In this document: piece after piece, positions 51,333-61,625 of the stretch
Layout: each line of letters opens with the position of its first letter
Position numbering within the stretch: the first letter of the stretch is position 1
Source of the DNA: an uncultured Bacilli bacterium
GTDB lineage: Bacteria; Bacillota_I; Bacilli_A; RF39; UBA660
Reading direction: 5' to 3'
Assembly: GCA_947629025.1 (NCBI GenBank)
Contig: CANRCC010000001.1
Span: forward strand, 20,955 to 84,954
DNA length: 64,000 nt
The notes under the pieces: generated by a model
What the model was told of the DNA's origin: nothing
Database searches by the model: none
Seen by the model: the letters and a program-made list of their open reading frames with translations, nothing else
Program-made: the position numbers and the translations under genes

Positions 51333-52283
51333 CTACTTTACCTCTTTCTTTGTACTTTTCTTTACAATTAGATTTTGAACAATAGTAAATATTGTTGATG
51401 CTATCCAATATAATGATAAAGCTACTGAAAAATTAAGTGACATTATTGCTATTAAAATAAGCATAAAATTCATCATAGTATTTGGATTAATATCATCTGT
51501 TTGTGGAGTTGGTGCTGTTTTATTTAATTTTTGTGATATATATGTAGTTCCTATTATTAATATTAATATTATTATATATTGATAATGACCTGATGTTATT
51601 GCTTTTAATGGTGTTGTTCCTAAAACTAATCCAAATAAGTTTTCTTCAAATATTACTGGTACTCTGTTTACTGCTTCTAAAAATCCAAACAATAATGGGA
51701 TTTGAATGAATGCAAATAAACAACTTGAAAATGGATTTATGTCATACTTTTTATATAATGTCATCATTTCAAGAGATTTTTTATTCATTGATTCTTGATC
51801 ATTTTTACCTTCATATTTTTTATTTATTCTCTCCATTTCTGGTTGCATCTTTTGCATATTTTCAGATTGTATTGCTGTTTTTTTAGTAAATGGTGCTAAT
51901 AATAATCTAATTAAGATTGCTAATACTACTAAAGCTATACCATAACTATTTATTAAATCACCAATTTTTATAGTTAACCATGCAAGAGGTTTTACCACTA
52001 ATGATTCCCATAAACCATTATATTTTCCATCACTTGGTACAAAATTACTACATTCTGGTAATTTATTTATATCTATTTGTTTTTTATATTTATTATATTT
52101 TTTTATAAGTCCATCACTTGTTGGTTTACATAATATATTTTCATTCAATGTTATTTTTACTTTTGAATCTTCATAATATACTGCTTGTTTTGTTTTTGGA
52201 TCCTTTAATATAGTTGTACATCCTGTTATAATAAATATAACAAATAATGTTATTATTATCTTTATTGATTTTTTTCTTTTCAT
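51333..52283 (-). CDS. yidC: Membrane protein insertase YidC/SpoIIIJ (lipoprotein type)
   Basis: Lipobox ITGCT, 5-TM YidC/Oxa1 core, basic C-tail. Confidence 0.85.
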   Translation of the reverse strand: MKRKKSIKIIITLFVIFIITGCTTILKDPKTKQAVYYEDSKVKITLNENILCKPTSDGLIKKYNKYKKQIDINKLPECSNFVPSDGKYNGLWESLVVKPLAWLTIKIGDLINSYGIALVVLAILIRLLLAPFTKKTAIQSENMQKMQPEMERINKKYEGKNDQESMNKKSLEMMTLYKKYDINPFSSCLFAFIQIPLLFGFLEAVNRVPVIFEENLFGLVLGTTPLKAITSGHYQYIIILILIIGTTYISQKLNKTAPTPQTDDINPNTMMNFMLILIAIMSLNFSVALSLYWIASTIFTIVQNLIVKKSTKKEVK

Positions 52284-52292
52284 AATAATCTC

Positions 52293-52622
52293 CTAATCTA
52301 AATTGTTTGAAATCAAATTTATAAGATTGTCTTTCATTTTTTTATAATTAATCTTATTAATTTCTCTTGAAACAATTATAACATAATCTTCATTGTATTT
52401 AAACCTTAAATTACTTTTATCAATAATATCTTTTATTTGTCTTTTTATTTTATTTCGTGTTACTGCATTTCCTATTTTTTTTGAAACACATATTGCAAAC
52501 CTATATCTATTTAGGTTATTTATATCCTTATATATATAAAAGTACTTATTTTTTATTGAATTTTTTTTATTCAATATTGAATTAATTTCTCTTGAACTTT
52601 TTATAATATTAATTTTTTTCAT
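52293..52622 (-). CDS. rnpA: Ribonuclease P protein component
   Basis: RnpA RNR-like motif KKIGNAVTRNKIKRQIK. 109 aa. Confidence 0.85.
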   Translation of the reverse strand: MKKINIIKSSREINSILNKKNSIKNKYFYIYKDINNLNRYRFAICVSKKIGNAVTRNKIKRQIKDIIDKSNLRFKYNEDYVIIVSREINKINYKKMKDNLINLISNNLD

Positions 52623-52669
52623 ATTTTCACCTACTTATACAAAAAAAACCACAATACAAGTGGAATTTA

Positions 52670-52792
52670 CTATTTTGATAAGGTTTTACGTCCTTTTTTT
52701 CTTCTTTTATTTAATACTTTTCCTTTTACTCTAGAAAAAAATCCATGTTTTTTTGCTTTTTTTCTATTATTAGGTTGAAAAGTTCTTTTCAT
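52670..52792 (-). CDS. rpmH: 50S ribosomal protein L34, not in ORF track
   Basis: Manual translation [40 protein letters not shown] (40 aa) = L34 signature. Conserved position upstream of rnpA. Confidence 0.85.
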   Translation of the reverse strand: MKRTFQPNNRKKAKKHGFFSRVKGKVLNKRRKKGRKTLSK

Positions 52793-52872
52793 TTTTGCAC
52801 CTCCAAGTCATAAAAACATTACAATTATATATATTTTTTAAAAAAAAGTCAATAATTTTTTTAATTATATAT

Positions 52873-53391
52873 TTAATGTTTTACTGTTTTTTCAGGTTGT
52901 TCTGGAATTATTTCATCTAATACTTCATCACATATTCTTTCAATACATTTAAAATTTTCTTTATTTCTGCCAATGTAACATAAATCAACTAATAAATCAT
53001 AATCCTCTTTAGTTGCTTCTTTATATTTGCTAGTATCTACATAAGATCTTTTGAATCCTTTTCTATTATAAGGTGCCTCTAGATTACCTTGAGCATCATA
53101 AAAAGATCCGTCTATTCTAACTATAGCGTGTATATCATCTGATGTACATATATATATTTTTGAATTATTTTCAAAAATCTTATTTAACATATGTGCAAAG
53201 TAATAACAACTTCCTTCCATAAATATTGATGTTATAATTTCGTATTTTAGTTTTTCATCTAATTGTTGCATTCCTGGATTTTCCAAAAAATATTTTTCTG
53301 AAAATTTATCAATTATTTCATCAATTATGTCTAAAACAGACTCACTTCTTTTATTTAATAACTCTGACATTTTTAATAAATATTCATCCAT
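52873..53391 (-). CDS. Hypothetical protein (172 aa) between rpmH and murF
   Basis: ORF-track 285-aa frame trimmed to MDEYLLKMSELLNK... (ATG 53391), which has SD AAAGGAAAG. Further upstream extension is hydrophobic junk overlapping the murF start region. Confidence 0.5.
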   Translation of the reverse strand: MDEYLLKMSELLNKRSESVLDIIDEIIDKFSEKYFLENPGMQQLDEKLKYEIITSIFMEGSCYYFAHMLNKIFENNSKIYICTSDDIHAIVRIDGSFYDAQGNLEAPYNRKGFKRSYVDTSKYKEATKEDYDLLVDLCYIGRNKENFKCIERICDEVLDEIIPEQPEKTVKH

Positions 53392-53527
53392 AATTAACTT
53401 TCCTTTTTTATTAGTATATAACTTTTTTTTATTAAAATCAATATTTTTTATAAAAATTAATATGATATAATATAATGTAAGAAGAAATTTTATAAAATTT
53501 AAAATTTTAAATATAAAGGAGTTATAT

Positions 53528-54907
53528 ATGAAGAAAATTTTAGTTAAAGATATTTTAAATATATGTAATGCAAAATTATTTTGTGGAGATATTAATTTAT
53601 CATGCAATTCTTTTTCTAATAATACTAAAAAAATAAAAAAAGGGGATATATATATTGGTATTAAAGGAAATAATTTTGATGGAAATAAATTTTTTAATGA
53701 AGCTTTTAAAAATGGGGCTAAAGCATGCATTTTAGAAAAAAAATCTTTTAATGAAGAGGATTTTGATAAAAATGAATTTAAAGATAAAACAATAATTCTT
53801 GTTGATAATTCTATTGAATCTTTACAAAAAATTGCAGAATATAAACGTTCATTATATGATATTCCTGTAATTGCAGTAACAGGTAGTGTAGGAAAAACAA
53901 GTACAAAAGATATAATTGCAAGTGTCCTTAGTAATAATTACAATGTTTTAAAAACAGAAGGAAATTATAATAATCATATAGGATTACCACTAACTATATT
54001 AAAATTAAAAAATCATGACATAATGGTTTTAGAAATGGGAATGAATAATTTAGGAGAAATACATCTTTTAAGTAAAATTGCAAAACCTACAATTGCAGTT
54101 ATTACTAATATTGGTACTGCACATATTGGTAATTTAGGATCTAGAGAAAATATTTTAAAAGCTAAACTAGAAATTATCGACTTTATGGATGAAAATGGAG
54201 TGTTAATTATAAATAATGATAATGATTTATTACACAATAATTTAGATAATATTAAAAATAAAGTAAATGTAATTACTATCGGTATTGAAAATAATAGTGA
54301 TTTTATGGCTAATAATATTAAATTAAATAATTTTGGAAGCAAATTTAAAATACAAAATAATATTATAAATTTAAAAATAGGAGGATATCCTTTTATATAT
54401 AATACTTTAGTTGCATATTCTATAGGTAAATATTTAAAAATGAAGGAACAAAATATAATAAAAGGAATTGAAAAATTTGAATTATCTAGTAATAGAATGG
54501 AAAAAATAATTAATAAAAAAGGTGTAACTATTATAAATGATACATATAATGCTAGTTATGATTCTGTAATAAATGCTATTGATTTAATTGATAAATCTAA
54601 TAATAAAAGAAAAATCTTATTATTAGCTGATATACTAGAACTTGGTAAATTTTCTAAAGAAATTCATAGTAAAATAGGTAATTATATTATTAATAAAAAT
54701 ATAGATTATGTAATTTTAGTTGGTAATGAAGTAAAATATATTAAGAATATTTTAGAAAAAAATGATTTTAATAATGTATATTTGTTTAGTAAAGAAGAAG
54801 AAACTTATGAATTTTTAAATAATTTTTTAAAAGAAGGTGACATTATATTAATAAAAGGTTCTCATGCAATGAATTTAATAAACATTGTTAACTATTTAAA
54901 AAAGTAA
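53528..54907 (+). CDS. murF: UDP-N-acetylmuramoyl-tripeptide--D-alanyl-D-alanine ligase
   Basis: Mur ligase P-loop VIAVTGSVGKTSTKD, central and C-terminal Mur domains. SD AAAGGAG. Confidence 0.85.
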   Translation: MKKILVKDILNICNAKLFCGDINLSCNSFSNNTKKIKKGDIYIGIKGNNFDGNKFFNEAFKNGAKACILEKKSFNEEDFDKNEFKDKTIILVDNSIESLQKIAEYKRSLYDIPVIAVTGSVGKTSTKDIIASVLSNNYNVLKTEGNYNNHIGLPLTILKLKNHDIMVLEMGMNNLGEIHLLSKIAKPTIAVITNIGTAHIGNLGSRENILKAKLEIIDFMDENGVLIINNDNDLLHNNLDNIKNKVNVITIGIENNSDFMANNIKLNNFGSKFKIQNNIINLKIGGYPFIYNTLVAYSIGKYLKMKEQNIIKGIEKFELSSNRMEKIINKKGVTIINDTYNASYDSVINAIDLIDKSNNKRKILLLADILELGKFSKEIHSKIGNYIINKNIDYVILVGNEVKYIKNILEKNDFNNVYLFSKEEETYEFLNNFLKEGDIILIKGSHAMNLINIVNYLKK

Positions 54908-54969
54908 AATTAAACAATTTTACTTTTTTATTGCACAATAAAATTAGTTATAAACAGTATTAACATGTA

Positions 54970-55033
54970 TGTTGATAAATATAAATTGTTGATAATTTTA
55001 TAATTTTAGATAATTTGTGGAAAATGTGGAAAA
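54970..55033 (+). promoter_or_regulatory. Cluster of four same-orientation DnaA-box-like 9-mers upstream of dnaA (two perfect TGTGGAAAA in tandem at 55016-55033; two tgttgataa at 54970 and 54987)
   Basis: Reverse complement TTTTCCACA / TTATCAACA versus consensus TTATCCACA. Read directly from sequence. Confidence 0.55.
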
Positions 55034-55183
55034 CTCTATTTTTTCCTTTTTTTATATAAAAAATTGTTAACTTTTATTGTTTATAACTTTTTTTTATGAT
55101 ATTTTTATGTTGAAAACTAAAAAAAATAGGTTATAATTATTTTAGAAATTAAAAACTATCTATAATTCGGGGGAGGTGGTTTT

Positions 55184-56548
55184 ATGAATATAGAGAATAT
55201 TTGGAACAGATTTTTAAGTACTATAAAAAGAAAAGTTAATACTCTTTCTTTTAATACTTGGTTTAGAGATTCTAAATTAGTAGATATAAGTGATAATAAT
55301 ATTATTATAATAGTTCCAACTCCTGCTCATAAAAAACATCTTGCTGAATCTTATATTGATATAATAAAAGAAATATTTAATGAAATAACTGGTACTAACT
55401 TTAATGTTGAATTTTTATTAGAAAATGAATATCAAAAGAATATAGTAAATGACAATAATGAATTAGATGAAGAAATAGGAGTACCATTTAATAATCCAGA
55501 AAAAGCAAATCTAAATCCTGATTATACCTTTGAAAATTTTATAGTAGGTGAGAGTAATAGATTTGCACAAGCAACTGCTCTTGCAGTAGCAGAAAATCCA
55601 GGAAAAATGTATAATCCTTTATTTATATATGGAAATAGTGGTCTTGGTAAAACACATTTAATGCAAGCAATTGGAAATTATATCATTAAAAATACTACAA
55701 AAAGAGTACTATATGTAACAAGTGATCAATTTATTAATGATTTTCTTGGATTAAATAAGAAAGATAAAGATGGTAAAAACTTTGATTATATTGATTTATT
55801 TAAAGATAAATATAGAAATATTGATGTATTAATAATAGATGATATTCAATTTTTAGGTAATGCTCCTAAAACACAAAATGAATTTTTCCACACATTTAAT
55901 ACTTTATATGATGATAAAAAACAAATTATTATTTCATCAGATAGTTCACCGGATGATTTAAAACATTTAGAAGATCGTTTAAGAACAAGATTTAATTGGG
56001 GTCTTAAAGTTAATATTTTTCCACCGGATAATGAGTTAAGAAAAGAAATATTAAGAAAAAAGATGGCTAATATGGATTTTTCTAGTCATATGAGTGAAGA
56101 TGCGATTGATTATATTGCTAATATGTGTCACTCTGATGTTAGAAGTTTAGAAGGTGCATTAACAAGGGTATGTGCTTATTCAACTATATTCTTTGAAGAA
56201 GAAATAACTTTAGATCTTGCAATAGAAGCTTTAAAAGGAACTATATCATCTTCTACAAACTTTAAAAATGATATTCAAAAAATTCAAAGGGTAGTTGCTG
56301 AATATTATAATGTAAGTGTTGATGATTTAAAATCTAAAAAAAGAGTAGCAACTATTGCTTTTCCAAGACAAATTGCAATTTATCTTTCTAGAAATTTAAC
56401 AGATGAATCTTTTCCAAGAATTGGAATGGAATTCGGAGGAAGAGATCATTCAACAGTAATACACTCGTGTGATAAAATTGCTAATGAAATAAAAAATAAT
56501 AAACAACTAGAAAATATAATAGAAGAAATAAAGAAAAAATTAGAATAA
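55184..56548 (+). CDS. dnaA: Chromosomal replication initiator DnaA
   Basis: AAA+ Walker A GNSGLGKTHL, Walker B IDDIQFL, C-terminal DnaA-box-binding HTH. SD GGGGGAGG. Confidence 0.95.
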   Translation: MNIENIWNRFLSTIKRKVNTLSFNTWFRDSKLVDISDNNIIIIVPTPAHKKHLAESYIDIIKEIFNEITGTNFNVEFLLENEYQKNIVNDNNELDEEIGVPFNNPEKANLNPDYTFENFIVGESNRFAQATALAVAENPGKMYNPLFIYGNSGLGKTHLMQAIGNYIIKNTTKRVLYVTSDQFINDFLGLNKKDKDGKNFDYIDLFKDKYRNIDVLIIDDIQFLGNAPKTQNEFFHTFNTLYDDKKQIIISSDSSPDDLKHLEDRLRTRFNWGLKVNIFPPDNELRKEILRKKMANMDFSSHMSEDAIDYIANMCHSDVRSLEGALTRVCAYSTIFFEEEITLDLAIEALKGTISSSTNFKNDIQKIQRVVAEYYNVSVDDLKSKKRVATIAFPRQIAIYLSRNLTDESFPRIGMEFGGRDHSTVIHSCDKIANEIKNNKQLENIIEEIKKKLE

Positions 56549-56629
56549 TGTTGAAAAATATAGAATATTAACATTTTTATAAACATTATAATTCTTAATT
56601 ATTCTTTATAAAATAAATAAATAAAATTT

Positions 56630-56638
56630 TTTTCCACA
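56630..56638 (+). promoter_or_regulatory. DnaA box TTTTCCACA in AT-rich dnaA-dnaN spacer (probable oriC/DUE side)
   Basis: Exact 9-mer of the common Bacillus-type DnaA box, embedded in more than 90% AT sequence. Confidence 0.45.
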
Positions 56639-56714
56639 ATATCAACATTAATAATAAAAATAATATTTATTTAATAATAATTTATATGATATAATTAACT
56701 TAGGAGGGTTTAAT

Positions 56715-57836
56715 ATGAAATTTAGTATAAAAAAAGAAATATTATTAGAAAATTTAAATAATGTATCAAAAGCAGTTTCTTCAAAAAATGTTATTCCTGT
56801 TTTAGGAGGAATAAAATTTAATTTAACAAAAGAAGGTTTATTTTTAACTGCAACAAATAATGAAATAGATATTGAATGTTTTATTGATAAAAAATATATA
56901 GATAAAATAGAAAATACAGGTACTATAGTAATTCAAGGAAAATATTTATTAGAAATAGTTAGAAAATTACCTGATGGACTTATTAATATAGAAATTATAG
57001 ATGGATTAAAGATATTAATATATACAGCAAATTCTAACTTTAATTTAAATGGAATAAATTCAAAAGAATTTCCAAATATTAGTTTAGATATATCAACAAG
57101 TCCTATTATATTAAGTAAAAAAATAATAAAAAATATAGTTAATCAAACTTTATTTGCAACATCAACACAAGAATCAAGACCTATTTTAACAGGAATTAAC
57201 TTTAAAATTGAAAATGATCAAATGGAATGTATTTCAACAGATTCTTATAGATTATCAAAAAAAATAATTAAATTAGATAATGTTGTTGATAATTTAATAA
57301 ATATAGTAATACCTGGTAAAAATTTAGGTGAATTATTTAAAATTTTAAATGAAGAAGATGAAAATGTAGAAATTCATATTTTCTCAAATAAAATCTTGTT
57401 CAAATTTGATAATATTTTATTCCAATCAAGATTATTAAATGGAACATTCCCAGATACATCTAGATTAATACCAACTGAATTTGAATTAGAAATAAAAACT
57501 GATTTAGAAGAATTATATAGAGTTATTGATAGAGCAGCATTATTAACTAGTGAAAAAGAGAAAAATGTTATTAAATTTGAAACAAATGGAAATGAAGCAA
57601 TTATAAGTTCAAATACTCCTGAAATAGGTAAAGTAGAAGAAAAATTATCTATTACTAAAAATAAAGATTTTGATATGAAAATTGCATTTTCATCAAAATA
57701 TATGATGGAAGCTTTAAAAACAATTAATAGTAAGGATATTAGAATTTTACTAAATTCAGATGTTAAACCAATTATATTAAAAACAGATGAAGATGAAAAT
57801 TTAATACAATTATTATTACCAATTAAGACATATTAA
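56715..57836 (+). CDS. dnaN: DNA polymerase III beta sliding clamp
   Basis: Three-domain clamp, conserved position after dnaA. SD AGGAGGG. Confidence 0.9.
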   Translation: MKFSIKKEILLENLNNVSKAVSSKNVIPVLGGIKFNLTKEGLFLTATNNEIDIECFIDKKYIDKIENTGTIVIQGKYLLEIVRKLPDGLINIEIIDGLKILIYTANSNFNLNGINSKEFPNISLDISTSPIILSKKIIKNIVNQTLFATSTQESRPILTGINFKIENDQMECISTDSYRLSKKIIKLDNVVDNLINIVIPGKNLGELFKILNEEDENVEIHIFSNKILFKFDNILFQSRLLNGTFPDTSRLIPTEFELEIKTDLEELYRVIDRAALLTSEKEKNVIKFETNGNEAIISSNTPEIGKVEEKLSITKNKDFDMKIAFSSKYMMEALKTINSKDIRILLNSDVKPIILKTDEDENLIQLLLPIKTY

Positions 57837-57957
57837 AAGAAAAAGTAAAAATTTTTCTTTTTTTTACAAATCTCGACCATTTTTTCATTTTTTTTGGGTT
57901 TAATAGGGGAAAAATATTTTTTTTAGCGAAAATATTTTATGAAAGAGGAGGAAAAAA

Positions 57958-58410
57958 ATGAAAAATTATGAAATTAATTCTAGTACAATTGCTCTTATAC
58001 CAATAAATGATTATCAAACAAAAGTTATAGAATTATCAAATTCTTTCATAGTAGATATGAATTCCATGAAAATAATAGAGAGAAGTTGTGAATTCTTTGG
58101 TAGTTCTTATATAGGTAGACATGAAGGAACTAAAAGATTAATAGGTATAAGCTATAAATCTCCAATTATAATAGAAGAAAGTAGAAATATAATATATTTT
58201 CCAACTACATCACCACGATTAGATGATTGTGCATGGTTTAGTTTAAAACATATATTAAATTATGAGGATAGTAATGGAAAATCATTAATATATTTTGAAA
58301 ATGGAGAGAAAATAGAAATAGATATTTCAATAAATTCGTTTGATAATCAGTTTTTAAGAGCAACAAAATTAGAATCAATATTAAGAAAACAAAAGCAAAA
58401 ATTTGAATAA
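57958..58410 (+). CDS. comK: ComK-family competence transcription factor homolog
   Basis: Aligns along its length with B. subtilis ComK: YEINSSTIALIP (YEVNGATIAVLP), RSCEFFGSSYIGR (RSCRFFGSSYAGR), FPTTSPRLDDCAW (FPTLSSTRPQCGW), ISINSFDNQFLRA (ISYNSFENQVYRT). SD GAGGAGG. Confidence 0.75.
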   Translation: MKNYEINSSTIALIPINDYQTKVIELSNSFIVDMNSMKIIERSCEFFGSSYIGRHEGTKRLIGISYKSPIIIEESRNIIYFPTTSPRLDDCAWFSLKHILNYEDSNGKSLIYFENGEKIEIDISINSFDNQFLRATKLESILRKQKQKFE

Positions 58411-58582
58411 TAATTTAATAAAATTTGAATGATTTTATAAATTGTTAGAAATATGATAAAAAAGAGTATATTTTTATAAAAAACCTATAAAAATATCTTT
58501 TTTTATGGTATAATATTATTGTATGTATGGGAGCATTATTTAAGTATTAAGGTGAGAATATGAGTGTTAAAATAGGTTTAAA

Positions 58583-59704
58583 ATGATTTTAAGTAAAATT
58601 TCTATAACAAATTTTAGAAATTATTCTAATTTAAAACTAGATTTTAATAAAAAAATAAATATTTTCATCGGAAATAATGCGCAAGGTAAAACAAATATTC
58701 TAGAAAGTATATATGTTTTATCTATTACAAAATCACATAGATGTTCAAAAGATTTGTTTTTAATTAAAAATAATGAAGTTTTTTCAAAAATTAATGGGTG
58801 TATAATCCATGAAAATTCTTTAAGAAAAAATTATGAAATTTTAATTAATGAACATGGAAAAAAAGTTAGTATTAATGATGTACCACTTAGAAAAACAAGT
58901 GAATATATATCAAATATTAATACTATTATGTTTTGTCCTGATGATCTTGAAATAATTAAAGGTCCACCAAATGGTAGAAGATATTTTTTAAATATAGAAA
59001 TAGGTCAATTTTACAATAATTATTTAAAAATATTAAATAATTATAATAAAGTTTTAAAAAATAGAAATGAATATTTAAAAAATAATCTAAACAATTTTAA
59101 TAATATTTATTTTGATGTACTTACGGATGAAATAATAAATTTAAATATACAAATAATTAAATATAGAAATGATTTTATAAATAAAATCAATTTTTATATA
59201 AAAAAAATTTATAAAGATCTAGTAGGTAATGACGAAATATATATAAAATATGATACATTTGTGGAAATATTAGATGATAAAAAAATTTATAAAGAAATAA
59301 AGAAAAAATTTAATAAAATTCTTTATCAAGAAAAACAACAAGGGACAACATTAATTGGAATTCATAGAGATGATTTTTCTATATATTTGAATGATGTAAA
59401 AATAAATAATTATGGTTCACAAGGACAGCATAGAATATCAATATTGTGTTTTAAACTAGCAGAAATAGAAATGATGAGAGAAAATAAGTATATAAAACCA
59501 ATATTACTTTTAGATGATATATTTAGTGAATTAGATAATGAAAAGAAAAATAATATTTTAAAATATATAGATAATGATTTACAAATTTTTATAACATCTA
59601 CTGACATAAATAACATAGACAATAGTTTAATAAAAAATGCTGATATTTTTTATGTTGAAGATTCAAATATTACAAGAAGAGGTGAATTAAATGGCAAAGA
59701 ATGA
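58583..59704 (+). CDS. recF: DNA replication and repair protein RecF
   Basis: Walker [13 protein letters not shown]-like signature, Walker [12 protein letters not shown]. Confidence 0.9.
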   Translation: MILSKISITNFRNYSNLKLDFNKKINIFIGNNAQGKTNILESIYVLSITKSHRCSKDLFLIKNNEVFSKINGCIIHENSLRKNYEILINEHGKKVSINDVPLRKTSEYISNINTIMFCPDDLEIIKGPPNGRRYFLNIEIGQFYNNYLKILNNYNKVLKNRNEYLKNNLNNFNNIYFDVLTDEIINLNIQIIKYRNDFINKINFYIKKIYKDLVGNDEIYIKYDTFVEILDDKKIYKEIKKKFNKILYQEKQQGTTLIGIHRDDFSIYLNDVKINNYGSQGQHRISILCFKLAEIEMMRENKYIKPILLLDDIFSELDNEKKNNILKYIDNDLQIFITSTDINNIDNSLIKNADIFYVEDSNITRRGELNGKE

Positions 59705-61610
59705 TTATGATGCTTCTTCAATTCAAGTATTGGAAGGCTTAGAAGCAGTAAGAAAAAGACCAGGTATGTATATAGGAACTACTGATGTAAAAGGATTACA
59801 TCATTTAGTATGGGAAATAGTTGATAATGCAATAGATGAAGCATTAGCAGGATACTGTAAAAATATTGAAATAATAATAAATAGAGGTAATTCTATTACA
59901 GTAAAAGATGATGGTAGGGGAATTCCCGTTGAAATTCATCCTAAAACTGGATTATCAACAGTAGAAACAGTTTATACTGTTCTTCATGCCGGAGGTAAAT
60001 TTGGTGGTGGAGGATATAAAGTATCTGGAGGTCTTCATGGTGTAGGAGCATCGGTTGTTAATGCTTTATCAAGTTGGGTAAATGTAAAAGTATACAAAGA
60101 TGGAAAAATATATGAAATTAAATTTGAAAATGGTGGTAAAACAGTACAAAAATTAACTGTTATTGGTGAATGTGATAAAAATATTTCAGGAACAACTGTT
60201 TCATTTAAACCAGATGAAGATATTTTTGATACAGATATTTACGATTATAATACATTAAAAGTTAGAACTAGAGAATTAGCATTTTTAAATAAAGGATTAA
60301 AATTAACATTAAGAGATTTAAGAGACGATAATAATGTTATAGAAGAAACATTCTGTTATGAGGGTGGAATTAGTGAATATGTAAAATATTTAAATAAAAA
60401 TAAGACTCCAATTCATAATGAAATAATTCATCTGGAAGGTGAAGAAAATAATATAATTTTTGAAGTGGCAATGCAATATAATTCTGGTTATAGTGATAGC
60501 ATATATTCATTTGTTAATAATATAAATACACATGATGGAGGAACTCATGAAGAGGGAGTTAAAAGAGCATTAACTAGATTAATAAATAATTATGCTAGAA
60601 AGACAAATATATTAAAAGAAAAAGATGAATCTTTAACTGGTGATGATGTAAAAGAAGGATTAACAATGATCATTTCTTGTAAACATCCTAATCCACAATT
60701 TGAAGGTCAAACAAAAGGAAGACTTGGAAATTCAGAAGTTAGAAAAATAGCTGATAATGTATTTGCAGAAGGATTTGAAAGATTTTTAATGGAAAATCCG
60801 GATGAAGCAAGAATTATTGTGGAAAAATCAATAACTGCATCAAGAGCAAGACAAGCAGCAAAGAAAGCAAGAGAATTAACAAGAAGAAAAAGTGATTTAG
60901 ATGTAGTTAATTTTGGTGGAAAACTTAATGATTGTAAAGAAAAAGACCCAAGTGTTTGTGAAATATTTATAGTTGAGGGTGATTCAGCTGGAGGTTCAGC
61001 AATAAAAGGTAGAGATTCAATGACTCAGGCTATATTACCACTTAGAGGAAAAATATTAAATGTAGAAAAAGCAAGACTTGATAGGGCATTATCAAATGAA
61101 GAAATAAGAACAATAATTACTGCTTTTGGGACAGGAATAGGTGAAGAATTTGATATTAATAAATTAAGGTATGACAAAATAATAATAATGACAGATGCAG
61201 ATGTTGATGGATCACATATTAGAGTATTACTTTTAACTTTATTTTATAGATTTTTTAGACCTATTGTGGAAACAGGACATGTATATGCTGCACAACCACC
61301 GTTATTTTCTATAAGTCATGGTAAAACTATAAAATATGTTCTTAATGAAGAAGAAAGAGATGATTATATAGCTTCATTAAATCCTAATACAAAATATGAA
61401 GTAAAGAGAATGAAAGGTTTAGGAGAAATGGATGCTGAAGAATTAAATGAAACAACTATGGATATTAATAAAAGAGTACTTAGAAAGATAACAATAAGTG
61501 ATGCAATTGCTGCAGATGAAGCTTTTTCAAAATTAATGGGTGAAGAAGTAGAACCAAGAAGACAATTTATAGAAGAAAATGCAAAATATGCAGAAAATTT
61601 AGATATATAG
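59691..61610 (+). CDS. gyrB: DNA gyrase subunit B
   Basis: GHKL ATPase, TOPRIM (EGDSAGG), gyrB C-tail. Overlaps recF by 14 nt. Confidence 0.95.
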   Translation: MAKNDYDASSIQVLEGLEAVRKRPGMYIGTTDVKGLHHLVWEIVDNAIDEALAGYCKNIEIIINRGNSITVKDDGRGIPVEIHPKTGLSTVETVYTVLHAGGKFGGGGYKVSGGLHGVGASVVNALSSWVNVKVYKDGKIYEIKFENGGKTVQKLTVIGECDKNISGTTVSFKPDEDIFDTDIYDYNTLKVRTRELAFLNKGLKLTLRDLRDDNNVIEETFCYEGGISEYVKYLNKNKTPIHNEIIHLEGEENNIIFEVAMQYNSGYSDSIYSFVNNINTHDGGTHEEGVKRALTRLINNYARKTNILKEKDESLTGDDVKEGLTMIISCKHPNPQFEGQTKGRLGNSEVRKIADNVFAEGFERFLMENPDEARIIVEKSITASRARQAAKKARELTRRKSDLDVVNFGGKLNDCKEKDPSVCEIFIVEGDSAGGSAIKGRDSMTQAILPLRGKILNVEKARLDRALSNEEIRTIITAFGTGIGEEFDINKLRYDKIIIMTDADVDGSHIRVLLLTLFYRFFRPIVETGHVYAAQPPLFSISHGKTIKYVLNEEERDDYIASLNPNTKYEVKRMKGLGEMDAEELNETTMDINKRVLRKITISDAIAADEAFSKLMGEEVEPRRQFIEENAKYAENLDI

Positions 61611-61625
61611 AAAGGAGTATAAATA

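Noticed and set aside
52873-53730. 285-aa minus-strand ORF as given in track
   Set aside because: The N-terminal 113 residues are hydrophobic low-complexity and overlap the murF start on the opposite strand. Trimmed to the SD-supported internal start (53391).
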